A stretch of DNA of 64,000 nucleotides from positions 32,912-96,911 of the forward strand of contig JANOSY010000005.1 in assembly GCA_031416075.1 (NCBI GenBank). Direction: 5' to 3'. Shown in pieces: positions 39,294 to 49,540 of the stretch; the first letter of the stretch is position 1; each line of letters opens with the position of its first letter. A program made the position numbers and the translations under genes. This DNA comes from Candidatus Tenderia sp. GTDB taxonomy: Bacteria; Pseudomonadota; Gammaproteobacteria; Tenderiales; Tenderiaceae. The notes under the pieces are model-generated. The model did no database searches. It was not told where the DNA came from and saw only the letters and a program-made list of their open reading frames with translations.

Positions 39294-41396
39294 ATGTGTA
39301 ACGAAAAAAAGAGCAAAACAGTTGTGTTGAAAACACGGACAAAACAGTTGGCCCTGGTGCTGGCATTCACCACGCTGGCAGCCATGACCATGCCCGCCAG
39401 CGCCAGAGAGGTGGCCAATATCACCTTCAGCCTCAAAGAGGCGGAGCTGGAGACGGTGGTCGCCACGGTGGCCGAGTTTACCGGCAAAAATTTTATTATC
39501 GACCCCCGTGTTAAGGGCAAAGTCACCGTCATCTCCGCCAAGCCAATGACCCCTGACGAGGTCTATCAAACCTTCCTGTCGCTGCTGGATGTGCACAATT
39601 TTGCCGCCGTACGCATGGGCAACGTCATCAAGATTATCCCCTCCGTTAACGCCAAACAGCTCGGCAGCAGTGGCGACAGTTCACGTTTCAATGACGAAAT
39701 TATCACCCAGGTGCTGGAGGTGAAAAATGTCTCCGCCAGCCAACTGGTGCCGATCCTGCGACCGCTGGTCCCGCAAGAGGGGCATATGGCCGCCTATGCG
39801 CCGACCAATGTACTGATCGTCTCTGACCGCGCTGCCAACGTGCAGCGGTTGATTAAAATCATCGAGCGGATTGATGTCTCCAGCGCCACAGATATCGAGG
39901 TCTATACCCTCAAACATGCCGCCGCTGCTGAGGTGGTCCGTATTATGGAGGCGCTGCGGCAGCGCGAAAAACAGGCCGATCCACAGGCGATGGGGGCCGG
40001 TGCCCCAGTGCTGGTGGCGGATGAGCGGACCAACAGCATCCTGATCAGTGGTGATAAGTCTGAACGCCTGGGTATCCGCGCCGTCATCACCCATCTTGAT
40101 ACCCCGCTGGAGACCGGTGGCAATACCCACGTTGCCTACCTGCGTTACGCCAAGGCCAAAGAGCTGGTTCCGGTGCTGACCGGACTGAGCGAAAGCCTGG
40201 AGAAGGAACAGCAGGGCGGTGCGCCTAAAGCGCCTGTGCCACAGGCCGGGCGGGCACCGATAACCATCCAGGCCCACGAGGATACCAACGCGCTGGTGAT
40301 CACTGCGCCGCCCGATCTGCTGCGTTCATTAAAGAGCGTGATCAGCCAGCTCGACATCCGCCGCGCCCAGGTGCAGGTGGAGGCGATCATCGCCGAAGTG
40401 ACTGACGACAAGAGTGCCGAGCTGGGGGTGAGCTGGTTTATTGATGGTTCGCCGGACAACAAGGGGCCAATCGCTGGCACCGCCTTTAAGGACTTTAATG
40501 CCGCTGCCGCTGCCGACAGCTTCAAAAACAATACTATCCCTACCCTGCCCAACCCACTCAGCTTCCTCGGCTTTGGCCGTTTTAACAGTGGCAAAACCGA
40601 CTTTGTCGGTCTGCTTAACGCCATTCAGGGTGACAGCCGTGCCAATGTGCTCTCACGCCCGACTATCATGACCCTGGACAATGAAGAGGCGGAGATCATC
40701 GTTGGCCAGACCGTGCCGTTCCGCACCGGCAGCTATACCAGCACCGGCAGCGGCGCCACCGCCTCAGTCACCGCACCGTTTACCACTATAAAACGTGAAA
40801 ACATCGGTATTACCCTCAAGGTAAAACCACAGATCAATGAGGGTGATGCGGTGCGACTCGACATCGAACAGAAGGTTGAGAGTGTGGCCCCCTCAAACGC
40901 CGGTGCCGCCGATTTGATCACCAACACCCGTTCCGTCAAGACTTCAGTGCTGGTGGATGATGGCGGCACCATCGTGCTGGGTGGTCTGATCAAGGATGAC
41001 GTCACCGAATCAGTACAGAAGGTGCCACTACTCGGCGACATCCCCTTCATTGGCGCGCTGTTCCGTAACAAGAGCAGTACCAAGGTCAAGACCAACCTGA
41101 TGGTCTTCCTAAAACCCACAATCATTCGTGATGCGGCCATCGCTACCCGTATCACCAGTGGTAAATATGACTATATTCGTGCCGAGCAGCTTGGCTTCCA
41201 GAAGAAGAAGATCCTGCTTGTGAATAAGGAGGATATCCCGATACTGCCGGAGTTTATAGCGCTCCCACCATCGTTTGAGGAGATCAAGTCCCGCGCCAAC
41301 CACAAACAACCCACCACCCCCGCTGTCAATCCGCCAGATCAGGCGCTTGAACCCACCGTCATCCTCCAAGGAGATGGTAATGACGCCAAGCAGTGA
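39294..41396 (+). CDS. gspD: type II secretion secretin
   Basis: NFIIDPRVKGKV, LDIRRAQV.VEAII, KVPLLGDIP..GALF. Confidence 0.96.
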   Translation: MCNEKKSKTVVLKTRTKQLALVLAFTTLAAMTMPASAREVANITFSLKEAELETVVATVAEFTGKNFIIDPRVKGKVTVISAKPMTPDEVYQTFLSLLDVHNFAAVRMGNVIKIIPSVNAKQLGSSGDSSRFNDEIITQVLEVKNVSASQLVPILRPLVPQEGHMAAYAPTNVLIVSDRAANVQRLIKIIERIDVSSATDIEVYTLKHAAAAEVVRIMEALRQREKQADPQAMGAGAPVLVADERTNSILISGDKSERLGIRAVITHLDTPLETGGNTHVAYLRYAKAKELVPVLTGLSESLEKEQQGGAPKAPVPQAGRAPITIQAHEDTNALVITAPPDLLRSLKSVISQLDIRRAQVQVEAIIAEVTDDKSAELGVSWFIDGSPDNKGPIAGTAFKDFNAAAAADSFKNNTIPTLPNPLSFLGFGRFNSGKTDFVGLLNAIQGDSRANVLSRPTIMTLDNEEAEIIVGQTVPFRTGSYTSTGSGATASVTAPFTTIKRENIGITLKVKPQINEGDAVRLDIEQKVESVAPSNAGAADLITNTRSVKTSVLVDDGGTIVLGGLIKDDVTESVQKVPLLGDIPFIGALFRNKSSTKVKTNLMVFLKPTIIRDAAIATRITSGKYDYIRAEQLGFQKKKILLVNKEDIPILPEFIALPPSFEEIKSRANHKQPTTPAVNPPDQALEPTVILQGDGNDAKQ

Positions 41397-42897
41397 TCCG
41401 CTAGCCACGGAGAACCCGGTCACGCTGCCCAAACGCCTTGGTTTTGGTTTTGCCAAACGCCACGGCGTACTGCTCAGCACCATTAACGAGCAGGCGGTGG
41501 TATTACAGTGCCGTGCCGGGATATCAACCCAGAGTCTAACGGAGCTACGGCGCTACTTTGGGGTGCCGCTGACGCTGGAGATGCTCACCAAAGAGGCGTT
41601 TGACCGGCTGCTGCAGCAGGGGTACGAGACCGGCTCCAGCGAAGCTTACGAGATGATGGGCACCCTTGGCGAAGATAACGACCTGTCGAGCATCGCTGCA
41701 GAGCTACAGGAGCCGGAGGATCTGCTGGAGAGCGAGGATGACGCCCCCATCATCCGTCTGCTCAACGCCCTGCTGACCCAGGCGATCAAGGAGAACGCCT
41801 CCGACATCCATCTCGACACCTTCGAGGGACGTATGGTGGTGCGGTTGCGTGTTGATGGCGTGCTGCGTGAGGTGTTGCAACCACACAAGGCGCTGGCGCC
41901 GCTGCTGGTATCACGCATCAAGGTGATGGCCAAACTCGACATCGCCGAAAAGCGGCTGCCGCAGGATGGTCGTATCTCGTTGCGGATCGCTGGTCGCCCG
42001 GTTGACGTGCGGGTCTCGACGCTACCGGTGGGCCACGGTGGTGAACGGGTTGTCTTGCGCCTACTCGACAAACAGGCGGGGCGGCTTAACCTCGAACATC
42101 TGGGCATGGAACCCAAGTCGATGGCGATGCTCGACGATCTGATTAAACGCCCGCACGGAATTTTACTCGTGACCGGACCCACCGGTTCCGGTAAAACCAC
42201 CACCCTCTACGCCTCTCTGGCACGGCTCAACGACTTCAAACGCAACATCATGACGGTGGAGGATCCGATCGAATACTACATCGACGGCATCAGCCAGACC
42301 GCCGTCAATAATAAGGTGGAGATGACCTTTGCCCGTGGTCTGCGCGCCATACTGCGCCAGGACCCGGACATCGTCATGGTCGGTGAAATCCGCGACCTGG
42401 AGACCGCCGAGATTGCAGTGCAGGCGTCGCTCACCGGCCATCTGGTGCTCTCCACACTCCATACCAATACCGCCATTGGTGCCGTTACCCGTCTCCGCGA
42501 TATGGGGGTCGAACCGTTCCTGCTCTCCTCCAGCCTGATCGGTGTGCTGGCTCAACGGCTGGTACGTATCCTCTGCCCACACTGCAAAACACCACACGTC
42601 GCCACGCCGTCCGAATGCCAGCAGTTTGGCTGGGATGTGGCCAATGCACCGACGCTCTATAGTGCTGTTGGATGTGCCAGGTGCAACCAGATCGGCTACC
42701 TCGGGCGCACCGGCATCTACGAGCTGGTGAAGGTGGATGCCACGCTGCAAGGCATGATCCACGACGGTGCCAGCGAGCAGGAGATGGAGCGTCACGCCCG
42801 CAGCAGCACCCCCGGCATCCGCGACGATGGCCTGCGCCGGATTCTGGCAGGGGCCACCTCCCTGGAAGAGGTATTGCGCGTCACCCGTGAGGGTTAG
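41380..42897 (+). CDS. gspE: type II secretion ATPase
   Basis: EKRLPQDGR, GPTGSGKTT, LRQDPD, STLHTN, two CxxC; AAGGAG RBS before ATG 41380. Confidence 0.97.
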   Translation: MTPSSDPLATENPVTLPKRLGFGFAKRHGVLLSTINEQAVVLQCRAGISTQSLTELRRYFGVPLTLEMLTKEAFDRLLQQGYETGSSEAYEMMGTLGEDNDLSSIAAELQEPEDLLESEDDAPIIRLLNALLTQAIKENASDIHLDTFEGRMVVRLRVDGVLREVLQPHKALAPLLVSRIKVMAKLDIAEKRLPQDGRISLRIAGRPVDVRVSTLPVGHGGERVVLRLLDKQAGRLNLEHLGMEPKSMAMLDDLIKRPHGILLVTGPTGSGKTTTLYASLARLNDFKRNIMTVEDPIEYYIDGISQTAVNNKVEMTFARGLRAILRQDPDIVMVGEIRDLETAEIAVQASLTGHLVLSTLHTNTAIGAVTRLRDMGVEPFLLSSSLIGVLAQRLVRILCPHCKTPHVATPSECQQFGWDVANAPTLYSAVGCARCNQIGYLGRTGIYELVKVDATLQGMIHDGASEQEMERHARSSTPGIRDDGLRRILAGATSLEEVLRVTREG

Positions 42898-42904
42898 CTG
42901 AATC

Positions 42905-44125
42905 ATGGGCGCGTTTGCATACAAGGCACTGGATGACTCCGGCAAACAGCACAAGGGGGTGATGGAGGCAGATACGCCGCGCCAGATTCGCCAGCAGCTG
43001 CGTGACAAAGGGTGGACACCACTGACGGTGGAGGAGGTACAGCAGCGTGAGTCGCGCCAGCACAAAACCTCAAGCCCGCTGTTCCGACGCACCATTAACC
43101 CCGCCGACCTCTCACTCATCACCCGCCAGTTTGCCACCCTGGTGCGCTCCGGCACACCGGTGGACGAGGCGTTGTACGCAGTCTCACGCCAGACCGAAAA
43201 GCCCCGTCTTAGTAACATGTTGATGGCGGTACGCTCCAAGGTCAAAGAGGGGCACCCGCTGGCGGTGGCGATGGGGGATTTTCCGCACATTTTCTCCGAA
43301 CTTTTCCGCGCCACGGTAGCGGCGGGAGAGCAGTCGGGCCATCTCGACAAGGTGCTGGAGCGGCTCGCCGACTACACCGAAACCCGCCACGCCCTGCAAC
43401 AGAAATTCCAGCTGGCGCTGATCTATCCGCTGCTGATTGCCGTCGTGGCGGTAGCGGTAGTGGTAGGGCTGGTGGGTTACGTCGTACCCAAAGTCGTTTC
43501 AGTATTTGATGGCATGGGCCAGGAGCTGCCGTTCCTGACCCAGGCGCTGATCGCCCTGAGCGACTTTCTGCAAGCCACCTGGTGGTTACTGCTGGGGGGG
43601 TTGGCGCTGGCGATATTCACCTTTGCCTCGATGATGAAGCGTGACGGGCCACGGCGCAGCTTTCACGCCCTGCTACTGCGGTTGCCGCTGATCTCACGGC
43701 TGGTACGGGGGGGCAACACCGCCCGTTTTGCCCGCACCTTCAGCATTCTTGCCAGCAGCGGTGTGCCGGTGCTTGATGCCATGCGCATCTCCGCCGAGGT
43801 GGTAACCAACATGCCGATGCGGACGGCGGTGGAGCAGGCGGCACAGCGGGTACGGGAAGGGACGGCCATTCACAAGGCGCTCGACGCCAGTGGTTACTTC
43901 CCGCCCATGACGGTACATCTGATCGCCAGTGGCGAGACAAGTGGCAATCTTGATGAGATGCTGGAGCGCGCCGCCGTCACCCAGGAGCGCGAGATGGAGA
44001 CGCTGATGGGCATGATGATGGGGCTGTTTGAACCCTTTATGATCCTTTTTATGGGCGGCACTGTGCTGGTGATCGTACTCGCCATCCTGATGCCCATCTT
44101 TGACTTGAACCAGTTAGTGAAATAG
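42905..44125 (+). CDS. gspF: type II secretion inner-membrane platform protein
   Basis: AGEQSGHLD.VL.RLADY, SGE.SG.LDEML. Confidence 0.96.
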   Translation: MGAFAYKALDDSGKQHKGVMEADTPRQIRQQLRDKGWTPLTVEEVQQRESRQHKTSSPLFRRTINPADLSLITRQFATLVRSGTPVDEALYAVSRQTEKPRLSNMLMAVRSKVKEGHPLAVAMGDFPHIFSELFRATVAAGEQSGHLDKVLERLADYTETRHALQQKFQLALIYPLLIAVVAVAVVVGLVGYVVPKVVSVFDGMGQELPFLTQALIALSDFLQATWWLLLGGLALAIFTFASMMKRDGPRRSFHALLLRLPLISRLVRGGNTARFARTFSILASSGVPVLDAMRISAEVVTNMPMRTAVEQAAQRVREGTAIHKALDASGYFPPMTVHLIASGETSGNLDEMLERAAVTQEREMETLMGMMMGLFEPFMILFMGGTVLVIVLAILMPIFDLNQLVK

Positions 44126-44134
44126 GAAAACATT

Positions 44135-44569
44135 ATGAACAGAGATAAAAGTAGCGAGACCCAACGTGGTTTCACCCTGATCGAGGTGATGGTGGTCGTG
44201 GTCATTCTTGGCATTCTGGCCGCCTTTATTGTGCCCAAGCTGATGGATCGCCCCGATGCCGCCCGCATCGCCAAGGCAAAATCGGACATCGGTGCCATCG
44301 AGAGTGCGCTCAACCTCTACCGGCTCGATAACCACCGTTACCCGGCAACCGATGATGGTCTGGAGGCGCTGGTGAATAAACCGGCCAATGCCCCAACCTG
44401 GAAAGAGGGCGGCTATCTGGAGCGTCTACCCATGGACCCGTGGGGCAAACCCTATCAGTACCTGAGCCCCGGCATTAACGGCACCATCGACATCTTCAGC
44501 CTCGGTGCTGACGGTGCCGAAGGCGGTGACGGTGCCAACGCTGACCTGGGTAACTGGAACGTTCAGTAA
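44135..44569 (+). CDS. gspG: major pseudopilin
   Basis: [30 protein letters not shown]. Confidence 0.97.
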   Translation: MNRDKSSETQRGFTLIEVMVVVVILGILAAFIVPKLMDRPDAARIAKAKSDIGAIESALNLYRLDNHRYPATDDGLEALVNKPANAPTWKEGGYLERLPMDPWGKPYQYLSPGINGTIDIFSLGADGAEGGDGANADLGNWNVQ

Positions 44570-44573
44570 CCCC

Positions 44574-45101
44574 ATGCATCTGACCCGGCAGCCCCACCAC
44601 CGCCACAACGGTTTTACGCTGCTGGAGCTGTTGGTGGTACTGGTAATCATCGGTATTCTGCTGACCATGGCCAGCCTGTCAGTAGGCGGTGGCAGTGAGC
44701 AGCGCCAGCTGCGCGAAGAGGCGAAAAGGATTACCGCCCTGCTGGCGCTGGCGGCTGATGAGGCGATACTCAAAAATCAGGAGCTGCTGTTGGCAATAGA
44801 GCCTGATGGGTACGCCTTTCTAACACAGGATGAGAAGGGTAAATGGATCCCGGTGGATAGCACCGGCAGCCTGCGGCCCCGCGAACTACCGGAGGGGGTA
44901 AGCCTATCCGTAGCGGTGGAGGAGCCGTTGGCAACGGCTAAAAAAGCGGATGAGGAGGAACCGGGGCAGATCTGGATCCTCTCCAGCGGCGAGATGACCC
45001 CCTTTACCCTGACACTCCATATTAAAGATGGTGTTGATTATCAGCTGCACGGTGACCTTATCGGTAATCTCAAACTCGACGAGCCAGGGGTAGAGAAGTG
45101 A
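44574..45101 (+). CDS. gspH: minor pseudopilin H
   Basis: GFTLLELLVV, SSGEMTPF; operon order. Confidence 0.9.
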   Translation: MHLTRQPHHRHNGFTLLELLVVLVIIGILLTMASLSVGGGSEQRQLREEAKRITALLALAADEAILKNQELLLAIEPDGYAFLTQDEKGKWIPVDSTGSLRPRELPEGVSLSVAVEEPLATAKKADEEEPGQIWILSSGEMTPFTLTLHIKDGVDYQLHGDLIGNLKLDEPGVEK

Positions 45102-45463
45102 AACAGCAACGGGGCTTCACCCTGTTGGAGATACTGGTGGCGCTGGCGATACTGGCCATCGCCCTGGCGGCGGCAATCAAGGCAGTCAGCAGCCACGTCA
45201 GCAACGAGACCTACCTGAAGGAGCGCAGTTTTGCCCACTGGGTAGCGATGAACAAGGTGGCAGAGCTGCGTATCAGTGGCCAGCTGCCCAATGCCGGGGA
45301 TCTGAACGGCGAGGCGACCATGGGCGGTATGGAGTTTCGCTGGACCATGAAAGTAACGGAGTTTCAGGGCGGTGATGTCCGCCGTCTGGATGTAAAGGTG
45401 ACACCACGGGAGAGCCCCAAGCAGCCCCTGAGTTCATTAATCGCCTTTGTAGGGAGGCCGTGA
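45098..45463 (+). CDS. gspI: minor pseudopilin I
   Basis: GFTLLEILVAL, AHWVAMN; GTG start. Confidence 0.92.
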   Translation: MKQQRGFTLLEILVALAILAIALAAAIKAVSSHVSNETYLKERSFAHWVAMNKVAELRISGQLPNAGDLNGEATMGGMEFRWTMKVTEFQGGDVRRLDVKVTPRESPKQPLSSLIAFVGRP

Positions 45464-46101
45464 TGAGGGCTGCGTTGCCAACCAGCGCATCACCCAGGCC
45501 CAGGACAAACAGCGGCTTTACGCTGCTGGAGCTGGTGGTTGCCATCGCCATCTTTGGCCTGATGGCGGCGATGGCCTACGGCGGCCTGGGCAGTGTATTG
45601 AACACCCGTGACCACGCGGACCGTCAGGCGGACCGACTGGCAGAGGTGCAGAAGGCCTGGACCATTATAGGTCGTGATATCACCCAGGCGATTGACCGCC
45701 CGGTGCGTGATAGCTACGGCAGTGACATGCCACCACTGCTCGGGAGCAGCTACGGCAGCACGGTGCTGGAGCTGAGCCGTAGCGGACGGCGTAATCCGAT
45801 GGCCCAGCCGCGCAGTAGTCTGCAACGTATCGCCTATCTGTTTGAGGATGAAAATCTACAGCGCCAGAGCTGGCGGGTGCTGGACCGTTCCAGCGATAGC
45901 GAAGCGCAATCGGCACAACTGTTGACAGGAATAAAGGCCGTGGAGCTACGTTTTATGGATAAAAACCGGGAGTGGCAGCCACAATGGCCCGCTGCGGCCG
46001 CCCTCCCCACGGACCCGCCGCTGCCGCTGGCCATTGAGCTGACGCTGGAGCTGAAAGATTGGGGTCGCATGAGCCGCATCTTTGAAGTGGCCGGGGGGTA
46101 G
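45460..46101 (+). CDS. gspJ: minor pseudopilin J
   Basis: GFTLLELVVAI, RSSLQRIAY, PLAIELTL. Confidence 0.92.
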   Translation: MMRAALPTSASPRPRTNSGFTLLELVVAIAIFGLMAAMAYGGLGSVLNTRDHADRQADRLAEVQKAWTIIGRDITQAIDRPVRDSYGSDMPPLLGSSYGSTVLELSRSGRRNPMAQPRSSLQRIAYLFEDENLQRQSWRVLDRSSDSEAQSAQLLTGIKAVELRFMDKNREWQPQWPAAAALPTDPPLPLAIELTLELKDWGRMSRIFEVAGG

Positions 46102-46105
46102 CCTG

Positions 46106-47029
46106 ATGAGAGAGCAACAGCAAGGGGTGGCGCTGATCACTGCGGTACTGATTGTGGCACTGGTGACCACCATTGCGGTGGCCATGGCGTCACGCCAGCA
46201 GCTTGATATTCGCCGTAGTGCCAATGTTTTTGATACTGATCAGGCGTGGCTCGCGGTGATGGGGGGTGAAGATTACGCCCGTAATGTACTGGTAGAAGAT
46301 AGTAAAAATAGCGGTAGCACTGACGCCCTCGACGAAAACTGGGCGCAGCCGGTACAGTTCCCGTTTGAAGAGATGGTACTCAGTGGTGTGATGGAAGATA
46401 TGCAGGGCCGATTTAATATCAACAACCTGATTGATGGCAACGGCGCGCCCGTACAGCTGGAACTGGTTCGCTTTCAGCGCCTGCTTACGCTGCTGGATCT
46501 GGATGTCACGATCGCCGATGCAACACTCGACTGGCTCGATAAGGATTTTGATTTGAAACCCAACGGTGGTGCCGAAGATGGTTACTACATGCAGCAGCAG
46601 CCCGGCTACCGCACGGCCAACCACTTGATGGCCAGTGCCAGTGAGTTACGGCTGGTCCGGGGCATGACCGCCGACGCCTATGAAAAACTGGCCCCCTTCA
46701 TCGCGGTGTTACCAAAAGCGACACCGATTAATATTAATACTGCCTCGGCGACTGTGCTGGCAATAGTCGGGACCAATCTAACCATAGCCGATGGTGAGTC
46801 GCTGCTCTCGGCACGGGGGGATTCGGGTTTTAACTCTGTTGCCGACTTTACCCAGCAGCCGGTTTTTGGCCCCGCGCCCATCACCGGCGATGGACTGGAG
46901 ATCAAGAGTAACTATTTTTTGTTAAATGCGATGACTGAATTTGATCGCTCCCGCAGCCAGCAGTTTTCACTGCTCGAGCGCCAGAACGGAGTGGTGAAGG
47001 TGATCATGCGTGGTCAAGGGGCCTACTGA
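46106..47029 (+). CDS. gspK: minor pseudopilin K
   Basis: GVALITAV (no Glu5), DMQGRFNINNL, ININTA. Confidence 0.93.
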   Translation: MREQQQGVALITAVLIVALVTTIAVAMASRQQLDIRRSANVFDTDQAWLAVMGGEDYARNVLVEDSKNSGSTDALDENWAQPVQFPFEEMVLSGVMEDMQGRFNINNLIDGNGAPVQLELVRFQRLLTLLDLDVTIADATLDWLDKDFDLKPNGGAEDGYYMQQQPGYRTANHLMASASELRLVRGMTADAYEKLAPFIAVLPKATPININTASATVLAIVGTNLTIADGESLLSARGDSGFNSVADFTQQPVFGPAPITGDGLEIKSNYFLLNAMTEFDRSRSQQFSLLERQNGVVKVIMRGQGAY

Positions 47030-48234
47030 TGAGTAACGAACTGTTTATCCGCTTTGACGCTGGCAGTACCAGCACCGCCCACTGGCTGCGACGGGCGGCG
47101 GAGGGCGGTGCCGCCGCCAGTGGCCATGGTGAGCTGGCCGAGATCAGCAAAGTGGCCGCCGGTTACCGGGTGGTGGTGATTATCCCTGCACATCAGGTGC
47201 TACTCTGCCGCGCCACCGTGCCGGGGCAGAAACGGCGTCTGCTCGCCCAGGCGGTCCCCTATGCCCTGGAGGATCAGCTGGCCGCCGATGTCGACACCCT
47301 CCACTTTGCCTTTGGCCAGATCAGTAATGACACTGTAGCGGTGGCCATTATCGACCGTGCCCTGATGGATGTATGGCTGCAGCGGCTGCGTGAAGCGGGG
47401 ATCAGCCCGGCGGCACTGATCCCCGAAACAGTGTTGCTACCCTGGCAGGCAGGCGAGTGGCAGCTGGCCTGCTGGGATGAGCTCTGCCTGCTACGCCATG
47501 GCGAACAGTCGGCCATTGTTATGGATAGCAACAATGCCAACACATTGATAGAGGCGGCGTTGGCGGAAGCAGGAGAGGCCAAACCGCACCGCTTGGTGAT
47601 CCATGCCGCTACTGAGACCCGCTTAGAAAACCTGCAGATCGAAATTGAACCCCACCCACTGCCCGACTCCATTTTGCTCTGGCTCAGCCAACACTATGAC
47701 GAACGGCTCAGCCTTAATCTAATGCAGGGTGCCTATAGCCGTCGTGAACAGATCGGCCAGTATTGGCGGCCCTGGCGCGCCGCTGCGGCCCTGCTTTTGG
47801 TACTGCTCGTGGTCCAGGTGGGGGTGACCGTTGCTGATTATCGGCGGCTCGGTGCTGAACAGGTTGTCCTGCAGCAGCAGATTGAGACCACCTACCGCCA
47901 GGCCTTTCCGGAGGCCCGTAAAGTGGTCAACCCCAAGGTACAGATGGAGCGGGCACTCAAAGAGCTGCGCGGCGGTAACAGTAGTACAGGGCTGAATACC
48001 CTGCTGGCCGAGTCTGGCCGCGAGTTCCAGGCCAGTGCAGGGCTTACATTGCAACGGTTAAGTTACCGCGAAGGGCAGCTGGATGTTGCACTCACCGTCA
48101 CCGATCTACAGCAGCTGGATGAGCTGAAACTGCGCCTGACCCAGGGGGGTAAACTTCAGGTCGAGGTTCAATCCGCCTCCGCCCAGGGCAGCGTAGTTGA
48201 AGCACGGCTAAAAATTAAAGGAACTGCATCATGA
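47029..48234 (+). CDS. gspL: type II secretion protein L
   Basis: AVPYALEDQLA.DV..LHFA, NLMQG.Y, single TM. Confidence 0.92.
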   Translation: MSNELFIRFDAGSTSTAHWLRRAAEGGAAASGHGELAEISKVAAGYRVVVIIPAHQVLLCRATVPGQKRRLLAQAVPYALEDQLAADVDTLHFAFGQISNDTVAVAIIDRALMDVWLQRLREAGISPAALIPETVLLPWQAGEWQLACWDELCLLRHGEQSAIVMDSNNANTLIEAALAEAGEAKPHRLVIHAATETRLENLQIEIEPHPLPDSILLWLSQHYDERLSLNLMQGAYSRREQIGQYWRPWRAAAALLLVLLVVQVGVTVADYRRLGAEQVVLQQQIETTYRQAFPEARKVVNPKVQMERALKELRGGNSSTGLNTLLAESGREFQASAGLTLQRLSYREGQLDVALTVTDLQQLDELKLRLTQGGKLQVEVQSASAQGSVVEARLKIKGTAS

Positions 48235-48716
48235 AAGAGTGGTGGTTTGGTCTACAGGCCAGCGAGCGCCGCACCCTGGGCATCGGTGGCGGCACACTCA
48301 CCCTGATCCTGATCTATTTTGCCGGCTGGGTACCCCTGCAAGAGGGGGTTGTCGCGCTTGAACAACAGGTACAGGAACAGCGTTCACTCAAACAGTGGAT
48401 GGCACAATCAGCTGCCGAAGTGCAGCAGCTGCGTGGCGGCAGCGCTGGTCAGCCACAAGCCGCAGGCCGCTCACTGCTCACCACCGTCGACCAGTCGGCC
48501 CGTAATGGGCAGCTTGGCAGCAGCCTCAAACGGCTGGAGCCAGAGGGTGAACACAGCGTCAAGGTCTGGCTGGAACAGGCCGCCTTTGATGAGATGATGG
48601 GTTGGCTGGTATCCCTGGAGCAGCAGTTTGGTGTCACCGTCACCACCATTACCATCGAGCGCAAAGCCGAAGGTCGTGTTGATGCCAATATGACACTACG
48701 AGGATCTGCAAGCTAA
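48231..48716 (+). CDS. gspM: type II secretion protein M
   Basis: WW..L...ER N-terminus, TM, VWLE...FD....WL. Confidence 0.9.
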   Translation: MKEWWFGLQASERRTLGIGGGTLTLILIYFAGWVPLQEGVVALEQQVQEQRSLKQWMAQSAAEVQQLRGGSAGQPQAAGRSLLTTVDQSARNGQLGSSLKRLEPEGEHSVKVWLEQAAFDEMMGWLVSLEQQFGVTVTTITIERKAEGRVDANMTLRGSAS

Positions 48717-49465
48717 TGAAGAGACAGATCATCGGATACAGCGTGCTGGGCCTGCTCGCCTATCTACTCTTTCTCGCCTGGACCTTTCCCGCAGATCGCG
48801 CCTTGGTACTGCTACGCCCGCAGCTGCCAGCACTACAGATGAGTGGCGTAACAGGTACCGTCTGGTCCGGACGGGCCGCCACCTTGCATTATCATAACCA
48901 GCGTTTCTCTCGCCTTACCTGGCAATTCCAACCGTTGGCACTTTTTAAAGCACAACCGACGTTGACCATCACCTTTGCTGGTGACGGACGTACTGGCACA
49001 GCCGATGTTGGATTGCGCCCGGATGGCACTATCGTGATAGAGGAGGCCAAGGCCCAATTGCCGATGGCAGAACTATCACAGCAGCTGGGTATTCCGGTGT
49101 CACTGGGTGGAGTGGTCGATGTGGCTATGGATAAGATCACCATCAATAACAGCGTGGTGCAGAGTGCTGAAGGTAAACTCCAGTGGCGTGATGCCAGCAT
49201 GACCACCCCCGTATTACAAAAATTGGGGGCCTTTAACATTCAGGTCACCACTGAAGATGCGGGTATCAAAGCCTTGATCAACGACGCAGGTGGCCCGCTC
49301 CAACTGGAAGGGACAGCACGTCTGATCAACGATGGCAGCTACCAATTCAGCGCTAAAGCCGCCGTGCGTGATGCTCAACAGACCCTTCTACAGCAAGCAC
49401 TCCAGGCCGCCGGACGACCAGAGTCCGATGGACGGATATTAATCGAATATCACGGCAGGTTATAA
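48716..49465 (+). CDS. gspN: type II secretion protein N
   Basis: FPA, GTVWSG, GGPLQLEG; last gene of the operon. Confidence 0.88.
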   Translation: MKRQIIGYSVLGLLAYLLFLAWTFPADRALVLLRPQLPALQMSGVTGTVWSGRAATLHYHNQRFSRLTWQFQPLALFKAQPTLTITFAGDGRTGTADVGLRPDGTIVIEEAKAQLPMAELSQQLGIPVSLGGVVDVAMDKITINNSVVQSAEGKLQWRDASMTTPVLQKLGAFNIQVTTEDAGIKALINDAGGPLQLEGTARLINDGSYQFSAKAAVRDAQQTLLQQALQAAGRPESDGRILIEYHGRL

Positions 49466-49478
49466 ACACCCACAAAAC

Positions 49479-49506
49479 ACGGCATGTCTGTATTGAGACA
49501 TGCCGT
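49479..49506. terminator. hairpin between convergent gspN and the OmpA-like gene
   Basis: ACGGCATGTCT-GTATTG-AGACATGCCGT, 11-bp perfect stem. Confidence 0.6.
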
Positions 49507-49540
49507 AATCAGCAACGAGCCGGTCCCTTTTTACAATGGC

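Noticed and set aside
42163-43350. 395-aa antisense ORF across gspE/gspF
   Set aside because: Shadow ORF with no recognisable domain
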